The notes below the pieces were generated by a model. That model ran no database searches, had not been told where the DNA came from, and saw only the letters and a list, made by a program, of their open reading frames with translations. The position numbers and the translations under genes were made by a program. Shown here one piece after another: positions 19,123 through 28,621 of a DNA stretch of 64,000 nt (position 1 is the stretch's first letter; each line of letters starts with the position of its first letter). Source of the DNA: Deltaproteobacteria bacterium (lineage in GTDB: Bacteria > Bdellovibrionota > UBA2394); contig JAFLCD010000003.1 of assembly GCA_017302715.1 (NCBI GenBank), positions 83,154 to 147,153 of the forward strand. The letters are read 5' to 3'.

Positions 19123-20616
19123 ATGAGTGCAAGAATACTTGTCGTCGACGATGAATTAAGCGTACGAGAATTTTTCGAAATTCTTTTAGCTAAAGAGGGT
19201 TATGAAGTCGTTACGGCTTTAGATGGAAGTGATGCCCTTCGGCTTTTGAGAGAACAAAGTTTCGATCTCATCATCAGTGATCTTCAAATGAAGGGCGGAG
19301 ATGGGATGACGTTACTTCGCGAATCTAAAAAATTTCAGAACGAAGTTCCTGTGATTATGATTACCGCTTTTGCAACTACAGATTCAGCAGTTGAAGCAAT
19401 GAAAGCTGGAGCTTTTGATTACGTCAGCAAGCCTTTTAAGATTGAAGAAATTAAAGTGGTGATTCAACGAGCTCTCAATACAAAAACATTGGTCGTTGAA
19501 AATCGAAATTTAAAATCTGAATTGCGCGATAAATATGATTTTTCTAATTTGCTTGGTGAATCTGAGCCAATGAAAAATGTTTACGATCTCATTCGCAAAA
19601 CTTCTCCTACTCGTACCAATGTTTTGATTTGGGGAGAGTCAGGAACGGGTAAGGAGCTTGTGGCCAAAGCCATTCATTTTAATTCTCCTCGAAAAGAAAA
19701 GCCTTTTATGACGGTGAACTGTGGCGCCATTCCTCAAACGTTGATTGAGAGCGAACTTTTTGGTCATGAGAAAGGCTCTTTTACAGGAGCGAGTGCTTTG
19801 AAGGCTGGACTTTTTGAAGCAGCACATAAGGGCACTATCTTCTTGGATGAAATCGGAGAGCTTCCTTTGCCGATGCAAGTAAAATTACTTCGCGTGATCC
19901 AGGAGAGATGTTTTCATCGTGTGGGCGGAACAGAGAGTATTGAAGTGGACGTTCGTATTATCGCGGCCACTAATAAAAACCTCGAAGAAGAAGTCAAAAA
20001 AGGAAACTTTAGAGAAGATTTATTTTATCGATTGAATGTCATTCAGATTCAACTTCCGCCACTTCGGTTGCGAAAAAAAGATATTCCACTTTTGTCGGAG
20101 CATTTTCTTAGAAAATTTGCCAAAGAGACCGGAAAGGATGTTCGTAAAATCAGTCCAAAGGCCATGGAACTTTTAATGGCCTATGATTATTACGGAAACG
20201 TTCGTGAACTCGAAAATATTATCGAGCGCTCTGTTGCTCTTGAACCAGGAAATGAAGTTCAATCTGAATCTTTGCCCGGCAATGTCATTCATCCCGAGCA
20301 AAATCGCGAAAAATTTTCACTCAAAGAAGCCGAACTTCATTTTGATCAGGGTGGAGTAGCTTTAGACAATTTAGTCGATGCATTTGAAAAGGATTTACTT
20401 TTAAAAGCTCTCGATAAATCTCATGGCTCACGTTCTCGCGCAGCTAAACTTTTAGGCATTTCGAGTCGGTCGATGCGATACCGCCTCAAAAAGCACCTTA
20501 TAGGCGGCTACGACGACGAGGACTCCCTACTAGACGTTTCTGTGGATGGGAGCGAAAATGAAGGTGTACTTCGAACAATGAAGCTGGAAGACTTTTCTAA
20601 GGAAGGAAAAGGCTAA
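19123..20616 (+). CDS. pilR: sigma-54-dependent response regulator PilR (NtrC family)
   Basis: Receiver domain with the phospho-acceptor Asp region, AAA+ sigma54-activation domain (GESGTGKELVAKAIH) carrying a GAFTGA-like loop (GSFTGA), and a C-terminal HTH. Confidence 0.85.
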   Translation: MSARILVVDDELSVREFFEILLAKEGYEVVTALDGSDALRLLREQSFDLIISDLQMKGGDGMTLLRESKKFQNEVPVIMITAFATTDSAVEAMKAGAFDYVSKPFKIEEIKVVIQRALNTKTLVVENRNLKSELRDKYDFSNLLGESEPMKNVYDLIRKTSPTRTNVLIWGESGTGKELVAKAIHFNSPRKEKPFMTVNCGAIPQTLIESELFGHEKGSFTGASALKAGLFEAAHKGTIFLDEIGELPLPMQVKLLRVIQERCFHRVGGTESIEVDVRIIAATNKNLEEEVKKGNFREDLFYRLNVIQIQLPPLRLRKKDIPLLSEHFLRKFAKETGKDVRKISPKAMELLMAYDYYGNVRELENIIERSVALEPGNEVQSESLPGNVIHPEQNREKFSLKEAELHFDQGGVALDNLVDAFEKDLLLKALDKSHGSRSRAAKLLGISSRSMRYRLKKHLIGGYDDEDSLLDVSVDGSENEGVLRTMKLEDFSKEGKG

Positions 20617-21204
20617 TTGAAAAAGTTTCACTCTCTTTATAGCAAAAGTATTATTGGATTTACGTTGATCGAGTTAATGATCACGGTCGCGATCATTGCA
20701 GTTTTATCGGCCATCGCGATTCCCGTTTATACGAGTTATATCCGTCGCTCGTATTTGTCAGAAGCGACAACTTCGATTTCTGCGATCAAATCAGCCGAAG
20801 AAAGTTTTTTCACGATTAACAATTGTTATATCGAGGCGCTTGCTCATCCGGCGACTGTTCCCGCTGGTGTATCGGTTTCTTGGGATTCGTCGACCTTTTC
20901 TACACCCAATTCTTGGGCTCGAAACGCATTGGGAGTTCGACCTGATAAAAATGTTCGATTTCAATATCAAGTTTACGCTTCTAATTCCCTATCGGGCGGT
21001 GGATGCGGCAGTTCTCCAACGGCAGTTCCCGCAACTTTAGGTTGCGTGGCAAATGCCCAAACCGTTTTTGCTAACGCAGCTCTTTTTCCAAGTAATTGGT
21101 ATATTGTCGTCGCTCGAGGTGATTTAAATGGTGACAATACTTCTTCTACCATCATTTCTGGGATAGATGACTCTCAAATTGTCATGTGTAATGAGCTTCA
21201 ATAA
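20617..21204 (+). CDS. pilA: type IV pilin (prepilin, N-methylation site G|FTLIELM)
   Basis: TTG start immediately after the pilR stop, preceded by an AAGGAAGGAAAAGG RBS. Leader ...SIIG then [23 protein letters not shown]-terminal Cys pair. Confidence 0.8.
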   Translation: MKKFHSLYSKSIIGFTLIELMITVAIIAVLSAIAIPVYTSYIRRSYLSEATTSISAIKSAEESFFTINNCYIEALAHPATVPAGVSVSWDSSTFSTPNSWARNALGVRPDKNVRFQYQVYASNSLSGGGCGSSPTAVPATLGCVANAQTVFANAALFPSNWYIVVARGDLNGDNTSSTIISGIDDSQIVMCNELQ

Positions 21205-21216
21205 TCTTCTTATTAA

Positions 21217-23121
21217 ATGGTGAAAAAGAGTTCTCGATTTCTTTATTTTTCTATTATTTTTGCAGGATTTTGTTTGGCCGCGATTTTGCGCATGTCGAAC
21301 TACTCTTTTGTTTTTCAAAATATCACCGGCCATCTTAACTTCATCGACCCGGATTGTTTTTATCAATTGAGACGTCTCGTTTATTTCTTAGCGAATTTTC
21401 CGCAGACCTTGCATTTTGATCCACTCGCCGATTGGCCCGCAGGTTCATTCGTCGACTGGCCAGATGCCTTTATTTATCTCATCGGCGTGCCACTTAAATT
21501 AATGGGGGTTCGAGATTTTAGAAGTCTCGAAATCGGATCCTGCTTCATGATGATTTTTTACGGTCTCGTCTGTTGCTTTGCTATTTTTAGATTGGCCAAG
21601 CGTCTGATTCCGGATTCTTCGATCGCGCTTCTTGTTTTCTTTTTATCGACGATGAATTTTTTACTGATTCGATTTTCTTGCTTAGGACAACTCGATCATC
21701 ATATTTTTGAAGCTATCTATCCGCCGGTGGTTTTGCTTTTAAGTTTAAAAGCTTTTCAGGACTTCTCTAAGGGATCGAGCGTTTTTCTTGGACTTCTTCT
21801 TTCACTCGCCTTGATGACGAGTTCTTCGAGTATTTTTATCGTCGGAGTGTTTTTTGCCATTTATGGATTTATTCTTGGCAAGAAAGAGAATTTTAAACTT
21901 TATTTTTTAACGGTAGGTTTAACTTTCGCAAGTCTTTTGCCGGCGGCCGTTTTGAACTTGATGGCCTTTGGACGATTTCAAATGATGGAACATCCGTCTT
22001 TTTTTCACATCGGCTTGGTTTTGGTTCTCGCTCTCTTCGCATACCTCGTTGCGAGATTTAAGTCGCAGGCTCCCGCAATTCTTTTAGGTTTCTTCGCTCT
22101 TTTTCTTATTGGCTATGCCCTCAATTGGCCGAGCCTCCTTATGCAGCCGCTTGCCCAAGGATTCGAATATGTATTTGGCCGCTCCGGAGTTTTACAAAAT
22201 GTTTCAGAGGCCTCACCTATTTTTCTGAATTACAATCAAGTTCAACTTAATTTTATTCATCTCAATTTTGGATATTTTGTTTACCTACTTCCGTTGGCTT
22301 GGGTTTTTGGCTTGTTCTATAAAAAGTTCTCCGTTCAAGAGAGAGTTTTGTTTTTGTCTCTGACGATGCTTTCGGCGCCTGGAATTTTTCAAAAAAGATT
22401 TGCGCATATTATGCTCGGCCTCTTTTTAGTTTTCGTCGGTTGGTGCCTTTGGAAAACTCTGGAGGCCTTTAAGCGATGGAAATTTCGTATTGGTCCTTTG
22501 CTGATTTTTACTCTTTTTTGTTTGGCGATTTTTCCCACTCTTCAATTTGGTTTTGCTCCTTCGGGAACTCCTCGAGATCTCGTCGATCTTAATGCTACGA
22601 AATTTTTTCTAGAGCGGCTTAAGCCTGAGGAAAAATCAGATCTCATTGTTTGGGATAGATTGGCGCTTAAGAGAAAAGTTACCGAAGGTATTTGGGCCAA
22701 CCCCAATCTCGGCCATATGCTCAATTATATGACTGGCTACGGAGTGCTTACGAATAGCTTTTATCATTGGGATAGCTTTGATAAAGATTTTAAATGGAGG
22801 TCCATTGAATCGGATTATGATTTCGTGCAGGCCTTAAAAGAAAATAAAATTCGATTTTATATTTTAGCGGATGATTTTAGATTTTTTCAGCTTCAATACC
22901 GCTTAAGAAATCTGGATCCAAAATCTTTTGTAGAAAATAAAGTGATCGATGGCCAAATGGCCACCGTCTTTAATATTCCAGAATTAGAAAAAAAGGTTTG
23001 GGTGCGAAGATTGATTCGAGAAGAAACATTTCCGGATTCTGAGAAATTATTTCAGGTGAAATTTAATACGGATCATTTTTATAATTATCTCAAAGCTTAT
23101 CGATTTACGGCGCTACCTTAG
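21217..23121 (+). CDS. polytopic membrane protein, GT-C-fold glycosyltransferase candidate with STT3/AglB-like first-loop motif
   Basis: 634 aa with at least 11 predicted TM helices. The first extracytoplasmic loop carries IDPDCFYQLRR (compare the D-x-D...Y..R loop of STT3/PglB/AglB and acidic loops of ArnT/PMT). C-terminal soluble domain of about 190 aa; no clear WWDYG. Confidence 0.45.
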   Translation: MVKKSSRFLYFSIIFAGFCLAAILRMSNYSFVFQNITGHLNFIDPDCFYQLRRLVYFLANFPQTLHFDPLADWPAGSFVDWPDAFIYLIGVPLKLMGVRDFRSLEIGSCFMMIFYGLVCCFAIFRLAKRLIPDSSIALLVFFLSTMNFLLIRFSCLGQLDHHIFEAIYPPVVLLLSLKAFQDFSKGSSVFLGLLLSLALMTSSSSIFIVGVFFAIYGFILGKKENFKLYFLTVGLTFASLLPAAVLNLMAFGRFQMMEHPSFFHIGLVLVLALFAYLVARFKSQAPAILLGFFALFLIGYALNWPSLLMQPLAQGFEYVFGRSGVLQNVSEASPIFLNYNQVQLNFIHLNFGYFVYLLPLAWVFGLFYKKFSVQERVLFLSLTMLSAPGIFQKRFAHIMLGLFLVFVGWCLWKTLEAFKRWKFRIGPLLIFTLFCLAIFPTLQFGFAPSGTPRDLVDLNATKFFLERLKPEEKSDLIVWDRLALKRKVTEGIWANPNLGHMLNYMTGYGVLTNSFYHWDSFDKDFKWRSIESDYDFVQALKENKIRFYILADDFRFFQLQYRLRNLDPKSFVENKVIDGQMATVFNIPELEKKVWVRRLIREETFPDSEKLFQVKFNTDHFYNYLKAYRFTALP

Positions 23122-24245
23122 GGCGTGCTTACGGACTTAGTTTTCGTAGCATCATAAATAAAATATCCACCCACTCCCGCTAAAACGGCAACACCTGTCC
23201 AAAACCAAGGAGATTCAAAAATAGAACTTTCGCTTCGATCTTCATTTATCTGACTGTCTTTAGAAAAATCTTTAGCCCACGCAGTCGAAGGATCAGAAGG
23301 TTCTTTTAAAATCGAGCCCATTTGAGCCTGAGAGATAATAAGAGGAACAGCTTGGTTGCTTTCATCCCGAATCATAACGGCAATTCCCGCTGCTCGACTG
23401 AGATCTGTCGGCCGCGTGGCAATTAAATTTTCTTGCAGTTTTCGATGCTCGATATTTTTCCAAATAGATCGGTTCCAAATTTTGTCAAAGTGAGTTTCAT
23501 TTTTGCTAACCGTAAGCCAATAAGCTTGAAGTTCATCTCCATCGAGTAGATGAATTAAAAATTTTCCTTCTGTTAATTCAAGAGGCAAAGCTTTCTCTCG
23601 CCCGTTAATGAGAATTCTTTGTGCAAAATGAGAAGTCGTGGGCGATGGTAGTTGAATTTTATATTTGATATTTTGGTTTTGCTTAAGTTCCGACTGCAAT
23701 TTTGTAGAAAGTCGTGCTGCAAATGCTGGCTCTCCAAAAAATCCACGCACCTCTGGTGAAACTTCGTTGAGTCCTTCCTCGGCATCCCCAATCATTCTTT
23801 GCAGGGCTGCAATCTCGACCAAATCCTCAAATGTTTTTGGATAAGGCATGCTTTGACTGATCAATTGTCTCGCTTCGTTGAGTGAGGATTGCGCATCGGC
23901 GTAACGCAATTCTAAATAAAGCTGTGAAGCACGCTTTATTTTGCTCTCGATGGTCTCATCGTTTTCATCCTTTATTTTGGTTCGATCCAAAGATGAAAAG
24001 AGCGGAACTCGGCGATAAAATCCACTTAACCAAAGGTCTTCGTCTTTTTTAGATAGAGGTAGTCCAACCAGCGATGAAGCCTTTTCATCATGGGGGTTGA
24101 TGAGATAAGTTTGTGCATAGAGATTTTGAAGGGACAAAATGCAAAAGATTATGGCGCTGATGAGGCCTCTAAAAAGCTTATTAAATAAAGAACTAAACCC
24201 TATTTTCATGCTGCGGGTTCTCGCCTGGCAACAGAAGGAAGTCAA
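23118..24245 (-). CDS. secreted protein with conserved C-terminal 'WFW' Gly-rich transmembrane anchor (paralogue 3)
   Basis: 375 aa with a signal peptide. C-terminus: ...FESPWFWTGVAVLAGVGGYFIYDATKTKSVSTP. Same tail architecture as 8359..9657 and 9654..10478. Confidence 0.5.
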   Translation of the reverse strand: MTSFCCQARTRSMKIGFSSLFNKLFRGLISAIIFCILSLQNLYAQTYLINPHDEKASSLVGLPLSKKDEDLWLSGFYRRVPLFSSLDRTKIKDENDETIESKIKRASQLYLELRYADAQSSLNEARQLISQSMPYPKTFEDLVEIAALQRMIGDAEEGLNEVSPEVRGFFGEPAFAARLSTKLQSELKQNQNIKYKIQLPSPTTSHFAQRILINGREKALPLELTEGKFLIHLLDGDELQAYWLTVSKNETHFDKIWNRSIWKNIEHRKLQENLIATRPTDLSRAAGIAVMIRDESNQAVPLIISQAQMGSILKEPSDPSTAWAKDFSKDSQINEDRSESSIFESPWFWTGVAVLAGVGGYFIYDATKTKSVSTP

Positions 24246-25259
24246 GTGAGCATGAAGAAACCTTTGGGGCTTATTTTAGCTGGGGGGCAATCTAAACGGC
24301 TGTTTCCGGTAACCGTTCCTAAACCGCTTTTAAAGGTAAATGGAATTAGTTTACTTGAGCAATCCATTCGCAGATTGAAGGGATTCGATGTCTATATCGT
24401 AACGAATGCTCAAATCGCTGAAGAGATTCGCAAGGCTTTTAGAGCCGACAGAATAAAAATTCCCTCCTTTATTATAGAGCCTGAAGGTCGAGATACCGCC
24501 GCGGCCGTGGGTTATGGAATCCGAATGGCTGAAAAAAAACGAAAGCATCCTTGGGTGGCGGTGTTGAGTGCAGATCAATGGATGCCAGACGATAGAAATT
24601 TTTCAAAATTTTTAAAAAATATGCAGTCGGAGATTCAGAAATTTCCTGATGCTCTTTTTGTGGGCGGAAGTTCCGCTTCGACGAAAGCTCCTCATTCGCA
24701 TTCTCAGTTTGGTTGGATTGCGCCACAAAGGACCGAAAAGAATTCCAGTGCGGTGAAAAAATTTGTGGAAAAACCCAAAGGAACTCTGCTTCAAAAAATG
24801 CGAAAGTCTAAAGCACTCATCAATGCCGGAATGTTTTTTGGACGGCCTGAAGTTTTTTTAAAAGCTTATCAGAAGTTTTATCCTGAGATTTTGAGTGCCA
24901 CTCCAAAAAATTATTATCAATTAAAACGCCAACCGATTGATCGCGCGATTTTTGAAAACTACTCAAAGGTGCGAGTCATTGCCTTGCCCATGCGATGGGA
25001 AGATTTGGGAACTTGGGAGGATTGGTTTACGAATGTAGGTACGCAAGTTTCGACTAAGAATTCTGTGAAATCAAAAAAGATGAAGGTCAGCACGGGCGCC
25101 CAGATCCGCTGTAAAAAAGTTTTGATTTCGGCAGATGAAGATTTTGAAATTTTCGGATTTGATTTAGAAGATTTGGCCATTATTCAATCAGGCTCAAAGC
25201 TGCTTGTGATGCCGCTTTCCAAGACTCGAGATTTAAAAAATTATTTGGAGAATTTATAA
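24246..25259 (+). CDS. mannose-1-phosphate guanylyltransferase (NTP-transferase domain)
   Basis: N-terminal nucleotidyltransferase motif (LILAGGQSKRLFPVT..PKPLL). Length and layout match the GMP domain of type II PMI/GMP enzymes. GTG or ATG start. Confidence 0.75.
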   Translation: MSMKKPLGLILAGGQSKRLFPVTVPKPLLKVNGISLLEQSIRRLKGFDVYIVTNAQIAEEIRKAFRADRIKIPSFIIEPEGRDTAAAVGYGIRMAEKKRKHPWVAVLSADQWMPDDRNFSKFLKNMQSEIQKFPDALFVGGSSASTKAPHSHSQFGWIAPQRTEKNSSAVKKFVEKPKGTLLQKMRKSKALINAGMFFGRPEVFLKAYQKFYPEILSATPKNYYQLKRQPIDRAIFENYSKVRVIALPMRWEDLGTWEDWFTNVGTQVSTKNSVKSKKMKVSTGAQIRCKKVLISADEDFEIFGFDLEDLAIIQSGSKLLVMPLSKTRDLKNYLENL

Positions 25260-25600
25260 TGGATTGGACGGAGGAGCGCCCTTGGGGACGATTCAAAAAC
25301 TTATTGGATGTCGATTTTACCAAAGTCAAAATCATCGAAGTCGATGCAGGTAAGCGTTTAAGTTATCAATCTCACACTAAGCGCCGAGAATCGTGGACAG
25401 TCGCAAAGGGTGAAGCCGTCGTTATTTTAAATGACAAAGAAATCTTTTTAAAAGTAGGCGAGCATATCGATATTCCCTTGGGCGCAAAACATCGTCTTGA
25501 AAATCGAAGTTCAGAAAAGTTGAGCATCATCGAAGTTCAAACCGGAACTTATTTTGGAGAGGACGATATCAAGAGATATCAGGATGATTGGGGGCGTTGA
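25259..25600 (+). CDS. cupin domain protein = C-terminal mannose-6-phosphate isomerase (type II) module, separate ORF
   Basis: 113 aa. ERPWG...YQSHTKRRESWTV..GEAVV...IP.GAKHRLEN...IEVQTG.YFGEDDIKRY matches the C-terminal cupin of bifunctional ManC. TAATG junction with the preceding ORF. Confidence 0.7.
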   Translation: MDWTEERPWGRFKNLLDVDFTKVKIIEVDAGKRLSYQSHTKRRESWTVAKGEAVVILNDKEIFLKVGEHIDIPLGAKHRLENRSSEKLSIIEVQTGTYFGEDDIKRYQDDWGR

Positions 25601-26510
25601 GCGCTCGATTTTTAGAATCTCGAAATCCTCTTTTAAATTCTTTTGCCCAAATTAGATTCAATTGAAAAATTTTGAAAAAATTAAACAAGATCTCTTTTAA
25701 GTAAAAAGATTTTAACTTAATACTACGAGACAAAATCGCAGAAAAAAAAGCGAGTCCTAAAAATTTTCCAAAAATTTTAAATCTTTTTTTAGGTGTAATT
25801 TTAAATTCTTTTGGTAGGTCTCCATCGTAAAATCCTCGCCAGTAACCCATGAACCTTGCTTTTTCTAAAATATTTTCTTTTTTGATGAGGTGAGCCGTAT
25901 GCGTGATAGAGAGCTCTGGGATATATCGAATTTCACTACGAAGATTAGGTAAGTCTTCTATTGTCTTTAAAAATCCGATATCTTCGCAGGCCAACCAATC
26001 TGACCGAAAGCCTCCCACTTGTTTAAAAAAACTTCGCCGAATAAGTAAATTGCCACTATGTAAAAATCGGAGAGATTGATTTTGAGAACTTAGAAATTCA
26101 TGAAACTCCATCAAATGAAGCGCAAAAGCCCAAGAAAATTTGAGATCTTCGAAATGTACGCCTCCATTAAATGCAATCCAGTTGGGATATTTTTTTGTAA
26201 GTATTTGAGCTGTTTTCATCCAATCTGCATTCCAAATGCAATCGCTATCTAAAAAAGCAATCCATTGATTAGTCGCTTGAGACGCCCCAAGGTTCCTTGC
26301 TTCTCCGGCAAACATTCTTCGATTGGGAAAGCTAAATTTGACTCGGTCTTTATATTTTAGAAGTTCGCTGTCAAGATTTTTAGATGATGAGTCGACAACT
26401 ATGATTTCAACTATATCCTCCGATTGAATTTGATTTAAGACAGAATCAATGCATCGAGAAAGAATATATGTAGGGGTTTGAAATGAGGGAATGACGACGG
26501 ATAAGTTCAT
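25569..26510 (-). CDS. glycosyltransferase family 2
   Basis: N-terminal GT-A motif (LSVVIPSFQTPTYILSRCIDSVLNQ) and DSD motif (FLDSDCIW). Confidence 0.7.
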   Translation of the reverse strand: MNLSVVIPSFQTPTYILSRCIDSVLNQIQSEDIVEIIVVDSSSKNLDSELLKYKDRVKFSFPNRRMFAGEARNLGASQATNQWIAFLDSDCIWNADWMKTAQILTKKYPNWIAFNGGVHFEDLKFSWAFALHLMEFHEFLSSQNQSLRFLHSGNLLIRRSFFKQVGGFRSDWLACEDIGFLKTIEDLPNLRSEIRYIPELSITHTAHLIKKENILEKARFMGYWRGFYDGDLPKEFKITPKKRFKIFGKFLGLAFFSAILSRSIKLKSFYLKEILFNFFKIFQLNLIWAKEFKRGFRDSKNRALNAPNHPDIS

Positions 26511-26575
26511 AAACTACAATCAAAATCTTAAACGGGTTATCAATTAGAAAACAATCATGAGTTAAGTAGTGAATA

Positions 26576-27424
26576 ATGAAATCATCTCCAAAATTTTCTT
26601 TAGTTTTATGTACGGTTGGTCGAGAGCTAGAGCCGATCAAGCTTTTGAAGTCTCTATCAAATCAGAGCTACAAGGAATTTGAATTGATTATTGTGGATCA
26701 AAACGAAGACGAGCGAATTTCGAATGTTCTTCGTGCCCATTCATTTCCATTCAAAATTATTTATATAAAAAATCAGAGAGGGCTATCTAAATCAAGAAAT
26801 GTTGGCTTGAAGCATATTTCTGGAGATGTCGTAGCTTTTCCAGACGATGATTCTTGGTATCCCGAGAATTTGTTGAAGGAAGTGGAGAAATGTTTTTTAA
26901 ATGATCCCGCTACCGATGGATTTATTGGTCTTACTGTAGACGAAAAAAATATTCCTTCTACAGGATGTCGTGATACCAACTCCTCTTTGGTCACGCGTTT
27001 TAGTCTTCTCAGAATGTCTGTTTCAAATAGTATTTTTTTAGGAAGGCAAATCATTAAGACCGTGGGAGACTTCGATGAGACCTTAGGTATTGGTGCCGGC
27101 ACGCCCTGGGGAGCTTCGGAAGAGACAGATTACTTAATTCGAGTGTTTGATGCAGGATTTGTATTACATTTCAATCCTGATATTAAAATTTTTCACCCTC
27201 AAATATTTCTTAGTTACGATCAAAAATATTTAGAAAAAGCCTTTTCATATGGAGCGGGCTTCGGACGAATCTTAAGGAAGCACCGGTATCCTTTAGGGTT
27301 TATCGCGTGGAAACTTTTTAAAACATTTGGAGGATGTGTTCTTGCGGTATTGAGATTTAAAATCCCACTTGCTAAATATTATCTTTATTCTTTTCGCGGG
27401 CGATTGAAGGGGGTGATTTCATAA
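26576..27424 (+). CDS. glycosyltransferase family 2
   Basis: FSLVLCTVGRE...LLKSLSNQSYKEFELIIVDQN and a DxD region (FPDDDSWY). Confidence 0.7.
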   Translation: MKSSPKFSLVLCTVGRELEPIKLLKSLSNQSYKEFELIIVDQNEDERISNVLRAHSFPFKIIYIKNQRGLSKSRNVGLKHISGDVVAFPDDDSWYPENLLKEVEKCFLNDPATDGFIGLTVDEKNIPSTGCRDTNSSLVTRFSLLRMSVSNSIFLGRQIIKTVGDFDETLGIGAGTPWGASEETDYLIRVFDAGFVLHFNPDIKIFHPQIFLSYDQKYLEKAFSYGAGFGRILRKHRYPLGFIAWKLFKTFGGCVLAVLRFKIPLAKYYLYSFRGRLKGVIS

Positions 27425-28600
27425 TTTTGGGTTATTTAAAAATCCCATGGTCTTAAATGCTAATTGAAATCGTTGCTTCCAGGTATGGTCTCTTAAGCAT
27501 CGTTCCCGGCCCTTCGAGGCAATTCTATTTCTTAGAGAATCATTTTTTAAATAAAAGTTAATTTTATCTACGAGCTCTTCTCTATTTTTATAGCATTCAA
27601 TCTCGCTTCCTATTTTAAAAAATTCTTCAAGTTCTTGCATATACTCTACTAAATAAAAACCTCCTGACATTGGAACTTCAAAATCTCTTAAGCGAATTTG
27701 CAATATTCTTTGATCGCCTTGCAAATCTCCCACACTAGAGAAACCGAGGTTGATTTTCGATTTACTGAAAGTTTTTACTACGTCCGTATCCGAAAGGACC
27801 CCACCTAAATATTGAGCAGGAATATTTTTAAATTTTTCTTGAATGAGATTGCTCTTACTAAAAGTGTAATTTTTTACAAAACGAATTAAATCTTTTGGTA
27901 ACGATAAAACGGAAAATTCTCTTAAAATTTTTTTAAAGTATCGGTTTGTCTTAGTAATAAATCTTGAATCTAAGTTTTTCCAACCGTAGCCAAAAACAAA
28001 TGTCGGAATTCCCTGACTAAATAAATATTTTATTAAATTTGGCCTTTCTCCATAGCATTGACCAACAAAGGACACATCGTATTCTTTTGGCAAATCATAA
28101 GGTTTATAAAAATTTTCGCTTGCAGCTTCTTGGCAGTAAATGGGATTGGCGCCCAAGGCGCGATAGTCGTCCAATCTAAATTTTTCTGGGACTAGGCACC
28201 AATCATAAATGGGGGAGATCTCTGAAACTAAGTCTAATTGATATGAGGCATTGCAATACCAATTCACTGTTTTAATTCTTAGGTGCTTAATCTCTTCAAT
28301 TGTTTCTTTAGTGATGCAAGCATCATAAAAATAGCTGAAAAAGAGATCGATTCTATCTTTTCTGTGATGGTGAGAGATTTGTTTCAAAATTGCTTCACTC
28401 ACAACAGGCCTATTCTTCTTTATAAATTTCATTTGAATTGCATCAGATTTATCTAAGTTAGAAAAAGTTGCTGCAAGGTCGTAGTCGAATTCAATTACTT
28501 CATGCCCCATTTCAACCAGGGAATTAAATAAATTATTTCTCCATATATTGGAATGTATGGCCGAATTAGGAGAACGATCCGAGGCATAAAAAATTCTCAT
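27419..28600 (-). CDS. CgeB-family (DUF3880 / Glyco_trans_1_2-like) glycosyltransferase candidate
   Basis: The C-terminal region (RLRDFEVPMSGGFYLVEY...ECYKNREELVDKINFYLKND..R..IA..GRERCLRDHTW) resembles the CgeB spore-maturation glycosyltransferase family. Confidence 0.45.
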   Translation of the reverse strand: MRIFYASDRSPNSAIHSNIWRNNLFNSLVEMGHEVIEFDYDLAATFSNLDKSDAIQMKFIKKNRPVVSEAILKQISHHHRKDRIDLFFSYFYDACITKETIEEIKHLRIKTVNWYCNASYQLDLVSEISPIYDWCLVPEKFRLDDYRALGANPIYCQEAASENFYKPYDLPKEYDVSFVGQCYGERPNLIKYLFSQGIPTFVFGYGWKNLDSRFITKTNRYFKKILREFSVLSLPKDLIRFVKNYTFSKSNLIQEKFKNIPAQYLGGVLSDTDVVKTFSKSKINLGFSSVGDLQGDQRILQIRLRDFEVPMSGGFYLVEYMQELEEFFKIGSEIECYKNREELVDKINFYLKNDSLRNRIASKGRERCLRDHTWKQRFQLAFKTMGFLNNPKL

Positions 28601-28621
28601 AAGAATTCTCTTGGTGACATG

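Noticed and set aside
20480-20616. Searched for a sigma-54 promoter upstream of pilA (inside the pilR 3' end) and upstream of the second pilin (34059..34200, minus strand)
   Set aside because: No GG-N10-GC match with the TGGCAC/TTGC consensus found by eye. pilA may be co-transcribed with pilSR or use a different promoter; not reportable as a feature.
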